This document shows, in pieces, positions 1-10,600 of a stretch of 64,000 bases of DNA (the first letter of the stretch is position 1; the number at the start of each line of letters is the position of its first letter). The notes under the pieces were generated by a model. It ran no database searches, was not told the DNA's origin, and saw only the letters and a list, made by a program, of their open reading frames with translations. The position numbers and the translations under genes were made by a program. The stretch is taken from the NCBI GenBank assembly GCA_016937855.1, contig JAFGVU010000047.1, positions 6,265 to 70,264 on the forward strand, written 5' to 3'. Source of the DNA: Bacteroidales bacterium (GTDB taxonomy: Bacteria > Bacteroidota > Bacteroidia > Bacteroidales > ML635J-15).

Positions 1-2192
1 TCCATAAGATTGAACTCTAAGTCAGTTTCCTTGACATCGGTGTACAAATTAATTTTATCCAAATTTAATATCTCAACTTCCGGAGCAGTATAATTATTAT
101 CAAAAAATCCTTGCTCAAAACCCGATTTCTGTAGTCGTTTTTCATACGCTTTTTGATAAATTGGCACTAAATCCTGATCTGCATAAGGAAGACTTTCAAT
201 CACTTTATCGGGGCGATTATATTGCAAATCAAATTGTTCAAAGCTATACGTCTGCAATCCTTTGGCAAAACTGACTTTTTTCGCAGCATCGCTAGTGCCC
301 ATATAATACAAATCAGGGGTTAAAATCAGATAATCATCCTGATCAACAGGAATAATAGTACATGTTTCTTCGAGATTTCTTGAATCAAGAATCTTGATCT
401 GATTATCCCAACCGCCGGAAACAACATAGTAACCATCGGAACTATATTTTGCACTTGTAACATTTCCGGTATGTCCCTTAAAATTAGCGACTTCGACTTC
501 GTTTTGCCAATCAGTAACAACTAATCTTTTATCCCATGAGGCTGATAAAAGATAATCGTTAATCGGATTAAAATCCAGATCAGAAACAATCCAATTATGG
601 GGTTTTATGTATTTTATCAGCGTGTAAGTCTCTGCATTAACTAAAGCAATTTCACCATTCCAAAGTCCAACAGCAATTACTTTATCATCAGGAGATATTG
701 CAACCGACTCAGCTTTTGATGATAAATTAATTTTAAATCGGAAGAATGGATTAGACACATTAACAATAGTCAATACAGAATCTCGACCAACGCTAAAAAA
801 CAAATCGCCCGAATTACTAAAACAAATATCCATTACATCGGCAGTGTGATTTGTTGTAAAAATCTTTTTAACACCTGCAGTCTGATAAACAAATGACATG
901 CTATCGGAAGCATATGCAAAGTTTGTTAAGTCGTCTGTAAATGCAAGGGATTTTATCCCAGATTCTGATTTCAAAATCTCATAAATACTTTTACTTACCA
1001 AATTAAAAATTTTTAAATCTGCACCAAAACCGGAAACAATAATTTCTTGCTTGTTTGGATTTATAAAAAGATCTGACAAAATATGTGAATCAATAAAAAC
1101 GGAGTTTGCCATCTGGCATTTAAACATATCAAAAACACGTAATCTGGAATCCCAATGAACGCTAGCAACCAGCAATTCATCAATTTCAACATCAACAGCC
1201 TCAACAGGACTGGAATAACCAGAAAATGATTTGATTTTAGCCCCTTTTTCCGACCTAAACACACTCACCGCATTGGCTGATCCTCCCAAACATATCTCAC
1301 TTGCATCGGAGTTGTAAGTTAAAGCTGTTCCCATCTGAAAACCGGTAGATTTACCATAAAACTGCATCCCAGTTTTTAAATCCCATTCATACAGCATTCC
1401 ATTAAGGCTAATTGCGCATAGCTTCCTGGCATCATCAGAAATTGTTAAACTTTTCCACATTTGGTAACTATCTGTAAACTCAAAAATCAGATTAAAATCT
1501 TTAGTTTCAAACACTTTGATAAAATAATCATACGAAGCTGAAGCAAGTGTTTTACCATTTTTGCTGAAGCTAACAGAGCTCACAAACGAGTTATGTACTT
1601 TTGATTTTTGCAATAAGTTAAATGATTTTGAATCAACAATTATAATATTTCCTCCCTGATCACCAACAGCTATCAAATTATTTTTATCACTAGAGGCAAT
1701 AGCATCACAAGGATAATCAGAAATCTTCATTTCCTTTATAAGAGAATTGTTTTTCAAATCCCATATTTTTAAAATACCATCCTTACCAATTGTTGCTAAT
1801 TGATTTTTCCCTTTAAGAAAAGTGATATTATTCACTCCATTTGAAAATGCCTTCCATGACTCAACCTGTTTCAAAGAAATCAGATCCCATTTTCTTATTA
1901 CACCATCCCACCCCCCGGAATATATACATTTCTGATCATCACCAAATACGCAACAAGTTGCACCATAATCTGTCCCCGAAAATTTAATTATCTCCCTTCC
2001 ACTTGTGTAATCCCATAGTATTAGAGTTTTATCGACCGAAGCACTGACAATCATGCTTCCATCATCGGTAATATCAATATCAGTAATTTGGGCTGTATGT
2101 CCTACCGGTGGAATTATTCTGATTTCCTGAGCAAATAACGAAATTGCAACAAGATTCAGGCAAAAAATATAAAATAAAAAAATCCTTTTCAT
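1..2192 (-). CDS. Secreted WD40-repeat beta-propeller protein; the 3' end runs off the window (about 730 codons visible)
   Basis: Absent from the supplied ORF track because there is no in-window stop. Hand translation from the ATG at 2192..2190 gives MKRIFLFYIFCLNLVAISLFAQ (signal peptide). WD repeats follow: GHTAQITDIDITDDGSMIVSASVDKTLILWD, GGWDGVIRKWD, GKDGILKIWD, NGMLYEWD. Translated continuously 2192->960 with no stop and spot-checked open at 62..1; positions 63-959 were not translated. Confidence 0.8.
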   Translation of the reverse strand, partial: MKRIFLFYIFCLNLVAISLFAQEIRIIPPVGHTAQITDIDITDDGSMIVSASVDKTLILWDYTSGREIIKFSGTDYGATCCVFGDDQKCIYSGGWDGVIRKWDLISLKQVESWKAFSNGVNNITFLKGKNQLATIGKDGILKIWDLKNNSLIKEMKISDYPCDAIASSDKNNLIAVGDQGGNIIIVDSKSFNLLQKSKVHNSFVSSVSFSKNGKTLASASYDYFIKVFETKDFNLIFEFTDSYQMWKSLTISDDARKLCAISLNGMLYEWDLKTGMQFYGKSTGFQMGTALTYNSDASEICLGGSANAVSVFRSEKGAKIKSFSGYSSPVEAVDVEIDELLVASVHWDSRLRVFDMFKCQMANSVFIDSHILSDLFINPNKQEIIVSGFGADLKIFNLVSKSIYEILKSESGIKSLAFTDDLTNFAYASDSMSFVYQTAGVKKIFTTNHTADVMDICFSNSGDLFFSVGRDSVLTIVNVSNPFFRFKINLSSKAESVAISPDDKVIAVGLWNGEIALVNAETYTLIKYIKPHNWIVSDLDFNPINDYLLSASWDKRLVVTDWQNEVEVANFKGHTGNVTSAKYSSDGYYVVSGGWDNQIKILDSRNLEETCTIIPVDQDDYLILTPDLYYMGTSDAAKKVSFAKGLQTYSFEQFDLQYNRPDKVIESLPYADQDLVPIYQKAYEKRLQKSGFEQGFFDNNYTAPEVEILNLDKINLYTDVKETDLEFNLM

Positions 2193-2248
2193 GTAAAATG
2201 GTTTTACTCTGTAAAGTTATTTAATTCTCTCTAATTATTGTACTAAAT

Positions 2249-2282
2249 AAAAAAAAAACCGCCAAAACAAATTAGCGGTTTT
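2249..2282 (-). terminator. Rho-independent terminator after the 1442-aa adhesin gene
   Basis: Minus strand reads AAAACCGC-(12 nt loop)-GCGGTTTT followed by a T-run. It lies 22 nt past the stop at 2304. Confidence 0.6.
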
Positions 2283-2303
2283 CAAAAACAGATATTTGTT
2301 TTT

Positions 2304-5300
2304 TTATCTGATAAGATTTATTTGTCCGGAAATCTTCACTCTTTGGTTTTGCTCATCTAATCCAGTGACAATATAAACATAAGCACCTTCGGGGCAAAGC
2401 TCACCACCATTCTGTAGAGTTCCGTCCCATCCAACATAGAAATTTTGCGAAATATAAACAGACTGACTTAATCTGTTAAATATTTGAAGTTGGAAATCTC
2501 GAATCGGAGTACCACGGATATAAAATACATCATTACGACCATCATTATTAGGAGTAAATGAATTTGGCACATAAAACGTTGCTTCTTTAACAGAAATGGT
2601 CACAGAGTCAACTGCATTACAACCATTAACATCAGTTCCCAGGACATAATAAGTTATTGTATCGTCGGGATTAACTGTTGGATTAGCAAGATAAGCATTA
2701 TTAATAAACTCAACAGGAGACCATGCATAGGTGACTCCACCAGTAGCATTAAGAGTTGTACTTTCGCCTTGTGCTATAGTTTGATCCATGCCTGCATCAA
2801 TTTTGGGTAAAGGATAGACTGTAACTTTTACCTGATCTGTAACGGCATCGCAACCTTGCCAAGAAACACTTAAAGTGTAAATTATGGATTCTTCCGGTTT
2901 AACAATTGGATTGGGTGAGTTTACATCAGAAATACTAACATCCGGCGACCATGAGTAAGACTGTCCTTCTATTGCACCAGCACCAATTTGAACAGAGTCA
3001 TTTAGACAAATATAAACATCTGAACCAGCGAGAGCAATAGCCGGAGGCATCATGGTAACTGTCAAAGTATCATAATTTTTACATCCTGTGGTTAAGTCTG
3101 TTACCATTACAACAAAATCAGAAAACTCCAGAATTGGTGTAACCATTGGCTGAGCAAGAGTATCATCATCAAAATACTCGTTCGGTGACCACAAATATGA
3201 ATAGCCACTAATAGCCGGTGTTCCTACAATAGCACTACGATTAGCGCAAATAATGGTATCATGTCCGGCATCGGCAATTGGAGTTGGATGTAAAACTATA
3301 AGTTCCTCAACAATACTCGAACAATGATTGTTAGAGACAGTTAATGAAATAGCCTGCTCTCCACCTTGAGAAAAAATGATTTCATCAGGATTTTCGTCCA
3401 AAGATGAGTGAGGCTGACCATATCTACCAAAGAACCAATTATAGGTAAACCCGTCTCCAGAGCTTCCTTCGTTAACAAACGACACATACTCATTATGACA
3501 AGCAGGTGCGCTCGACGAAAATGCGGCTTCGGGACTTTCGTAAACTGTTACTACTGATTTAAGCGAATCACTACAAGATGTCATGGTATTGGTAACAACC
3601 AAGCTTATTTCATAATGGCCTGCATCATCATAGGTAACAGTAGGGTTTTCATCTGTAGAATTTGGTATCGATGGATTACCTCCAAAAGTCCACTCATAAG
3701 ATGCAGATCCGCCTGCCACAGAAAGGTTTTGAAATTGCAGCTCCTGACCTGAACATTGAGGAGCATTTGTTGTAAAATCTACCTGAGGACCATCAAATAT
3801 TTCGATGTTTTGAGTAGCAGAGTTTTGACATTCATCAGTTCTCACTGTAAGGGTTATCTGAATGTTACCGGGTTGTGAAAACAAAACTGCATCAGGATTT
3901 TCTGCAGTAGAAACAGAAGGATTTGCACCCGAACCAAAATCCCAACTGTAAGTATGGCCCGCACCTGTGCTACCGGTATTGGCAAATGAAACTGTTTCGC
4001 CAACGCAAACCGGAGCTGTGGATGTAAAACTAGCAACCGGAACAGAATGAACATTTACTGTTTTAATAACATAATTATCACAACCTGTAACCGCATCATT
4101 CACATAAAGTTGAACAGTAGCTAAACCATCTGCATCATAAACAACACTTGGCTGAGCATCTGTAGATGTTGAAGGAGTAGCATTGAGACCGAAATCCCAA
4201 TTATAGTCCAGCGCAGCATCAAAATCTGTTACGCTAAAGATGATATCTTCACCCAAGCAAGCCGGACTAGTTGAAGAAAAGTCGATATCTGGCGCTGGTG
4301 AATTCATCACAAATAAAGTATCTGTTATTGTTGCAACACAATGCACTGTAGATACTGTTAAAGTAATCACTTGTTGCCCATTAGTATCAAAACTTATTCC
4401 CGATGGATTTTCTAAACTCGAAGCAAATGGATTTGAATGAGCTCCAAAACTCCATGAGTAGGCAAATGCACTTCCGGTTGAACCGGTATTTTGGAAATCT
4501 ACTGCTGCACCAATACAGACAGAATCTGTAAAACTAAAAGCAGCCACTGGTCTTTCGTAAATATTTATGGTTTGAGTTAAACTATTCCAACAACCCGAAA
4601 GTTGATCTGTAACTATCAGACTAATAATTTGTGCACCATTTGCACCAAATGATATTCCTGTTGGATTTGGATCGGTTGAACTAACAGGACTTGCATTTAA
4701 TCCAAAATTCCAATTAAAATCTAATCCTGTCGGATCGTAGTCATAGTAAAAGTTAACAGTTTCGCCTTCGCATTTAGGAGCAGTACTACTAAAAGCCACC
4801 TCTGGAGCAGGCGAGTTAACAACAGTTATATCCTGACTAATATTCGAGCTACAAGATTGATTAGAAACAGTAAGAGTAACAGTATGTGTTCCACTATTCC
4901 CAAACTGAATTCCAACAGGGTTTTCAGCAAATGAGCTATTTGGATTAGCATCGGAGCCAAAATCCCACACATAAGAGAAACCATCTCCAGTACTACCAAC
5001 ATTCTGAAAATCTACACCGGTTCCCAAACAAACATTATCAATAAAAGTAAAATCTGCGACAGGGATATTAGAAACCTGAATACTTGTTTCGTAAGTTTGC
5101 TGACAACCACTTATCTGATCGGTAACAATTAATGTAATTGTTTTATTGCCAGTTGATGAAAAAGTAACACCACTTGGATTTTCATCGGTACTATTAGCGG
5201 GATTTCCATCCGGTGAGAAGGTCCAATTAAAATCGACACCGCTATTTGTACCGGTATTGGTAAAATCTACAGTTTGATTTAGGCAAATTGGTCCATTATG

Positions 5301-6632
5301 AGCAAATGAAGCTGTCGGACTTTGAGTAATATTTACAAAATCTTCGACAACACTAGTACAATGATCGTTTGAAACTATGTGCCTAACAGGTTTTAGCCCT
5401 TGTGTATCAAAAACAACTAGTGGATTCTCAGCATATGATATTGTTGGATTTGCATCAACTGTAAATATCCATTGATGTGAGTAATCACCTCCGGTTGAAC
5501 CTGTATTTGTAAATTGTACAGTATTAGAAGAACATATATCAGAAGGGAATGTAAAACTAGCATCTGGATTTTCATGAACAGTTATGTATTTTGTTGTCAT
5601 GATAGTATCCAATCCACAATTAACAATAATCTTAAAATCTACCCTATACAAACCCGGTGCTGACCAACTAACTATTGGATTTTCATCAATTGTTGTAGTT
5701 ATCGATGCAGGTCCATAGAAATCCCATTCATATTCGATTCCTGTTCCAGAGGGTCCTGCATTAAGAAATTGAATTTCCTGATCTACACAACCAGGAGCAT
5801 CACTAACAAAATCAGTTACTACAGTATCAACAGCAGCCCCAAAACTATTTGCTTCAAGAAAAACTGCTGAATCGTATGCACTATCGAAAGCATCAGCAAT
5901 TACAATTTTTATGTGATATAATTGACAAGGCTCAACAACTGCAACAGCTGTAAACATTTGTGTCAAACCGTCGAATTCAACATTTAAGCCACCTACATTA
6001 TCGACAAAATAAGCAGAATTTGCACCCTCCTCGGGACATGTACTATTTGAGTCTCCATTGTTAACTGTAGCAATAGCAACAGCAGTACTAGTTCCTGGAA
6101 CTAGGGCAATGTTTTCATTTGCATAATTGCCTCCTAAAGGATTTGGTCCAGTTAAAAGAAAAGCAAAAGCATCATTGAAATCACAAACATATTCACGATA
6201 TTCTTCCGATGCAAAAATATAATTAAAATAAACTGTATCTGACGGAGAAAAGAAATCAAATTCAATAACTGCTGCATCATTTGAGGTCATCCCAATTATA
6301 CTTTCAATATCACTATCTCCCGGTCTTCCGTTATCTGTTGATGTGCCAGGATCGATATTTGGTCCAACAGCATCGAAAATCCTTCCTGTGGAAATAATAA
6401 TTCCTCTTTCCATAGGTATTTCAGGAATTCCGGCTCCGGTGCTAAACTCTCCAATTGACTGAGGAGCACCACTTGAGGTAATATTAATTACCTGCACACC
6501 ATCTCCTAGCAAGACGTCCTGAACGAGCTGAACATCGGTCAAAAAATCTTGTATTACCAATTGAGCTCTCGAAGATAGTCCAAAAAAAGTGGCAAATAAT
6601 AAAGTTAAAACTAAATATTTAATTTTGCTCAT
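2304..6632 (-). CDS. T9SS type-B-CTD surface protein: signal peptide, choice-of-anchor-L-like N-domain, 10 PKD units, 3 Ig-like units, gliding-motility-associated (type B) C-terminal sorting domain
   Basis: The N-domain ends in ...AYDSAVFLEANSF. PKD units have the form F.NTGSTG..Y.WDFG...NP. The Ig-like units contain DAG.D..IC...Y.W.P. The last 92 aa are ATFYVPNSFTPNNDGRNDVFYIRG...GAYVYIV...INLIR. Confidence 0.9.
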   Translation of the reverse strand: MSKIKYLVLTLLFATFFGLSSRAQLVIQDFLTDVQLVQDVLLGDGVQVINITSSGAPQSIGEFSTGAGIPEIPMERGIIISTGRIFDAVGPNIDPGTSTDNGRPGDSDIESIIGMTSNDAAVIEFDFFSPSDTVYFNYIFASEEYREYVCDFNDAFAFLLTGPNPLGGNYANENIALVPGTSTAVAIATVNNGDSNSTCPEEGANSAYFVDNVGGLNVEFDGLTQMFTAVAVVEPCQLYHIKIVIADAFDSAYDSAVFLEANSFGAAVDTVVTDFVSDAPGCVDQEIQFLNAGPSGTGIEYEWDFYGPASITTTIDENPIVSWSAPGLYRVDFKIIVNCGLDTIMTTKYITVHENPDASFTFPSDICSSNTVQFTNTGSTGGDYSHQWIFTVDANPTISYAENPLVVFDTQGLKPVRHIVSNDHCTSVVEDFVNITQSPTASFAHNGPICLNQTVDFTNTGTNSGVDFNWTFSPDGNPANSTDENPSGVTFSSTGNKTITLIVTDQISGCQQTYETSIQVSNIPVADFTFIDNVCLGTGVDFQNVGSTGDGFSYVWDFGSDANPNSSFAENPVGIQFGNSGTHTVTLTVSNQSCSSNISQDITVVNSPAPEVAFSSTAPKCEGETVNFYYDYDPTGLDFNWNFGLNASPVSSTDPNPTGISFGANGAQIISLIVTDQLSGCWNSLTQTINIYERPVAAFSFTDSVCIGAAVDFQNTGSTGSAFAYSWSFGAHSNPFASSLENPSGISFDTNGQQVITLTVSTVHCVATITDTLFVMNSPAPDIDFSSTSPACLGEDIIFSVTDFDAALDYNWDFGLNATPSTSTDAQPSVVYDADGLATVQLYVNDAVTGCDNYVIKTVNVHSVPVASFTSTAPVCVGETVSFANTGSTGAGHTYSWDFGSGANPSVSTAENPDAVLFSQPGNIQITLTVRTDECQNSATQNIEIFDGPQVDFTTNAPQCSGQELQFQNLSVAGGSASYEWTFGGNPSIPNSTDENPTVTYDDAGHYEISLVVTNTMTSCSDSLKSVVTVYESPEAAFSSSAPACHNEYVSFVNEGSSGDGFTYNWFFGRYGQPHSSLDENPDEIIFSQGGEQAISLTVSNNHCSSIVEELIVLHPTPIADAGHDTIICANRSAIVGTPAISGYSYLWSPNEYFDDDTLAQPMVTPILEFSDFVVMVTDLTTGCKNYDTLTVTMMPPAIALAGSDVYICLNDSVQIGAGAIEGQSYSWSPDVSISDVNSPNPIVKPEESIIYTLSVSWQGCDAVTDQVKVTVYPLPKIDAGMDQTIAQGESTTLNATGGVTYAWSPVEFINNAYLANPTVNPDDTITYYVLGTDVNGCNAVDSVTISVKEATFYVPNSFTPNNDGRNDVFYIRGTPIRDFQLQIFNRLSQSVYISQNFYVGWDGTLQNGGELCPEGAYVYIVTGLDEQNQRVKISGQINLIR
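3282..5819 (-). repeat. Array of 10 tandem PKD-like coding repeats (about 85 aa / 255 nt each)
   Basis: aa 272-1117 of the 1442-aa ORF split into 10 units. Each has an N-proximal Cys and a C-proximal Cys, and two unit subtypes alternate. Confidence 0.75.
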
Positions 6633-6643
6633 AAGCTAAAAAT

Positions 6644-7615
6644 TTAAAATAATTTACGAATATCGTCCGATTTATTAAAATAATATCCAAGACTTATTTC
6701 GTGAGTACTTACGCCAGTCGCAACATTTCCAATTCCTCCACCAGGTATATCATAGCTATACCCAACGTAGTAATTTGTGTATTGAAATCCGACAAGAAAA
6801 GCCATGGTTTTCTGAGCCCGATACCATGTTGCAACTTTTACAAGATAATCATCATTAATTGCATAGTCGAAATACAATCCTGTTGCTAGTTCGTATACAC
6901 CATTTTGTGAATTAGCTATTACATTTGGCATAAATGAAACTTTGCTATCTTCCGGCTTGATTTTAATCCCTGCCTGAGTAGAAATTTTTGTAAATAAAAT
7001 TCCGTCATCACCTAAAAAACTCTCATTTGGAGGAGTCATGTGATATACTGATAATCCGGCAAAAGCATTTATGTTACCATCATCGGGCATATAATACCAC
7101 AATACACCAATCCCTGCATCTGCAAAAACCTTAGATTCTTGCATAATTAATTCATTACTTGGCGTACCAGGAGTATAAGATCCTACAACATATTGATCAT
7201 CAAAAGTAAGACTCTGATAATCTAAAAATTTTTGATTAAAACCAAAATATAAAGACGAACTTAAAAAATGTCCGTTATCGGTTAATCTGATATTATATGC
7301 AACAGCAGCCATAACTTCCAGATGGTTAAAAGCCCCTGCTCTATCGTTCATAACAAACAATCCTGCATTCAAACTATTATCTTCATTCTGTTCATAAACA
7401 GGCATAAAATATGTTAATGAGGCTGTTCTATAACCTTTATCAATGCCTGTCCATTGTGAACGATAATTTAATTTGGCATTAATACTATTATCTGCTCCAA
7501 TAATTGCAGGATTTAATTTCATAGGAGCTGAAAATGGCTGAGAAAAACGAATATCTTGTGCAAATATTGTCGCGCTTAACAATAATCCCAGTGCTATAAT
7601 TATTATTTTTTTCAT
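6644..7615 (-). CDS. PorP/SprF-family type IX secretion outer-membrane protein
   Basis: Signal peptide followed by the family signature QDIRFSQPFSAPMKLNPAIIG. It is beta-barrel-like with alternating aromatic residues and ends in F. It sits between two type-B-CTD cargo genes. Confidence 0.88.
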   Translation of the reverse strand: MKKIIIIALGLLLSATIFAQDIRFSQPFSAPMKLNPAIIGADNSINAKLNYRSQWTGIDKGYRTASLTYFMPVYEQNEDNSLNAGLFVMNDRAGAFNHLEVMAAVAYNIRLTDNGHFLSSSLYFGFNQKFLDYQSLTFDDQYVVGSYTPGTPSNELIMQESKVFADAGIGVLWYYMPDDGNINAFAGLSVYHMTPPNESFLGDDGILFTKISTQAGIKIKPEDSKVSFMPNVIANSQNGVYELATGLYFDYAINDDYLVKVATWYRAQKTMAFLVGFQYTNYYVGYSYDIPGGGIGNVATGVSTHEISLGYYFNKSDDIRKLF

Positions 7616-7642
7616 GATGCTATTTTTTTATATTATTTTTAC

Positions 7643-10600
7643 TTATCTAATTAAATTTATCATTCCTGTCATATTAAAAATCTCTCCATCGGTATATTCT
7701 CCTTTTGTATGATACACATAGGCACCTGACGGAAGTTTTCTACCAGTCCCCTGAATAGTTCCATCCCATCCTTCATCCGGATTTGTAGAATGATAAAGTA
7801 ATTCACCACTCCTATCGAAAATATATAATTCAAAACTTGCTTTGCCTTTGCCTCTGATGTAAAAAATGTCATTTTTACCATCGTTATTCGGAGTAAAAGC
7901 TGTTGGGATATATGCTCCGGGAATATTTACTATAATTTTAATAGTATCAGTATTAAAACATCCATAAATATCTGTTCCAACAACAGTATAAATAGTTGTA
8001 GTATCAGGTTTTGCAATAGGATTATAAACCCAAGAATTACTTAAGCTTTCGCCGGGTAGCCACTCAAATTGAAGTCCACCATGTGCAATTAGTTGAATTT
8101 CTTCGCCCAATGCGATTTGAATTGAATCTTCATCCTGAATTCCGGTTGCTCTCACATCGGGTTTTGGATGTACAGTCACAAGTGTATTATCTGTAACAAC
8201 ATCGCATCCCGGATAAAAAGTATTTAAGGTATAAACTGTAGTTTGATCAGGCATTACATATGGATTAGGGATGCCTGTGAAATCAACTATTGTATCATTA
8301 TAAGTCCAAAAATACATTTGTCCTTCAACCAAACCTGTTCCAATTTGTATGCTGTCTCCCTGACACATTTCGTAGTCGGGACCGGCATTTGCAATTGCCG
8401 AAGGTAACATTGTAACTCTGATAGTATCCATAGAAATACAACCAGTAATTGTATCAGTAATTGTTAAGAAGTAAGAACTGAACTGAGCTGTCGGCGTAGC
8501 AACCGGTTGAGGAATAGTGTCCAAATCTAAAGTATTTAAAGGATACCACAAATATGTATAATTGTCGATTTGTGGACTTCCTAAAATCAAGCTTGTATTT
8601 GCACAAATGATAGTATCAGCCCCTGCATTAATCTCAGGAAATTCGAATATTTCGACATCATTCGTAATAGAGCTGCTGCAGATACCGTTAGTTACAGTAA
8701 GACTGACAGACTTTGATCCGCCTGTAGAATACATAACAGAACCCGGATTTTCGGCAGTAGAACTTGCCGGTTGCGCAGATTGTCCAAAATTCCAGTTAAA
8801 AGTCCAATTTCCACCAGTACTACCGGCATTTTGAAATTCGACACCTTCGTTACCACAAACCGGAGCATCACTTGAAAATGCAGCCACCGGATTTTCATAT
8901 ATCAATATTGGATGCGTAACAGAAGCCGAACAAGTAGTTCCAGTATTAGTAATTACAAGTGTAACTAATTTAATACCGTGTTGCGAATAAACAATATCCT
9001 GTGGATTTTCTTCGGTTGATGTTGCAGGGTTTGAATCTGCTCCAAAATCCCATGAAAACTCAACTCCTGCATTATCACCAGTATTAGTAAAGTCAACAGA
9101 TAATCCCGAACAAACCGGAGCCGTACTCGAAAAGTCAACGTTTGGTGTGCCCAATACAAACACAGAATCTAGAATTGTGCTTGAGCAACTAGAATTACTA
9201 ATTGTAAAATTAATATACTTCCAACCACTTGTAGAGTAAACAACACCTGATGGATTTTCTGAGCTTGCTGTTGCAGGAGTCGCACCTTGTCCAAAATCCC
9301 ATGCATAACTAAAACCACTTCCGGTTGAGCCGGTATTTGTAAAACTAAAAGCCTGGTTCAAGCACAAAGAGTCGGTATGGGTTAGTGACACTAAAGGCGT
9401 CGCCAAAATGCTCACATTTTTAATAATATTAGCGGAGCATCCTGTAATTGAATTAGTAACTATTAACTCTACCTGTTTTGAACCACTGGTTGAGTAAACA
9501 ACACCCATTGGATTCTCATCGATACTTGTTGCAGGATTGGCGTCTAAACCAAAATTCCATAAATATGTAACATCTGTATTTGATCCTGTATTTGAAAAAT
9601 CAACCCCCACTCCAACACATTTTGGACCTGTGTTTTCAAAATTGGCTTGAGGAGTTTCATAAACCTCTACAGTTTGAATAACAGAATTTGAACAAGTTCC
9701 GTTTGTAATAGTAAGCTGTACATTTTTAGTTCCACTTGAAGCATAAACAATTCCGGTAGGATTTTGTGTAATAGAGGATGCCGGAGAAGCTCCAATACCA
9801 AAATCCCAACTGTATGACCACTCTCCTCCTGTGCTTCCGGTATTTGTAAAATCAAAATCTTCACTTACACAATCATCACCCGAATATGTAAAACTAACGT
9901 TAGGTACTGCGTCTATAGTAATTGCTTTTGAGATTTGATCAGTACAAGAAGTAATATTGTCAGTAACTGTAAGTGTAACACTTTTGTTTCCTGATGTTGC
10001 ATATACAACTCCTGAAGGATTTTCGTCAGTGCTTGTTGCCGGTGTTGCACCTGCACCAAAATCCCAGAAATAGGTATGATTACCTGTACTTCCTGTATTT
10101 ATAAAATCGACATCTAAACCACTGCAAACCGGAGCATTGCTTGCAAAATCAGCATTTGGGCTGTTAAAAACAGTTAGATTTTGGACTGCATTACTTGAGC
10201 AATATGAATTGCTAATAGTCAGACTTACAGTTTTAACCCCTGATGTTGAATATTGAATTCCTGTGGGGTTTTCGGTTGTTGAAACTTGAGGATTTGCGCC
10301 GGAACCAAAATCCCAGGCATAAGTCCAGGCTGATCCACCAGAACCGGTATTAGTAAAGCCGTATGTGGCACTTAAGCAATCATCACCTGAATTTGTAAAA
10401 CTTACAGATGGCGTTTCCCTAATCACGATATTGTCGGAATGCATAACCGAACAACCAGTTATTGTATTGGTAACTGTTAAAGTAACAATCTTTGCTCCGT
10501 GATTAGAATAAACGACTCCTGTTGGATTTTCATCTGTTGATGTAGCCGGAGATGCTCCGGAACCAAAGTTCCAACTAAATGTACAGTTTGTCGATGAACC

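Noticed and set aside
326-1264. Track ORFs 326..520 and 1061..1264 (minus strand, 64 and 67 aa).
   Set aside because: They lie in a different frame inside the long WD40 reading frame that I translated by hand, so they are shadow ORFs.
3854-4440. Track ORFs 3854..4054 (-) and 4240..4440 (+) inside the 1442-aa adhesin gene. Similar cases are 6701..6889, 7669..7881, 8562..8834, 8692..8898, 8965..9159, 9667..9864 and 10981..11208.
   Set aside because: They are alternative-frame or antisense ORFs embedded in repetitive PKD coding sequence. They have no start context or recognisable motifs, and the host ORFs are strongly supported.
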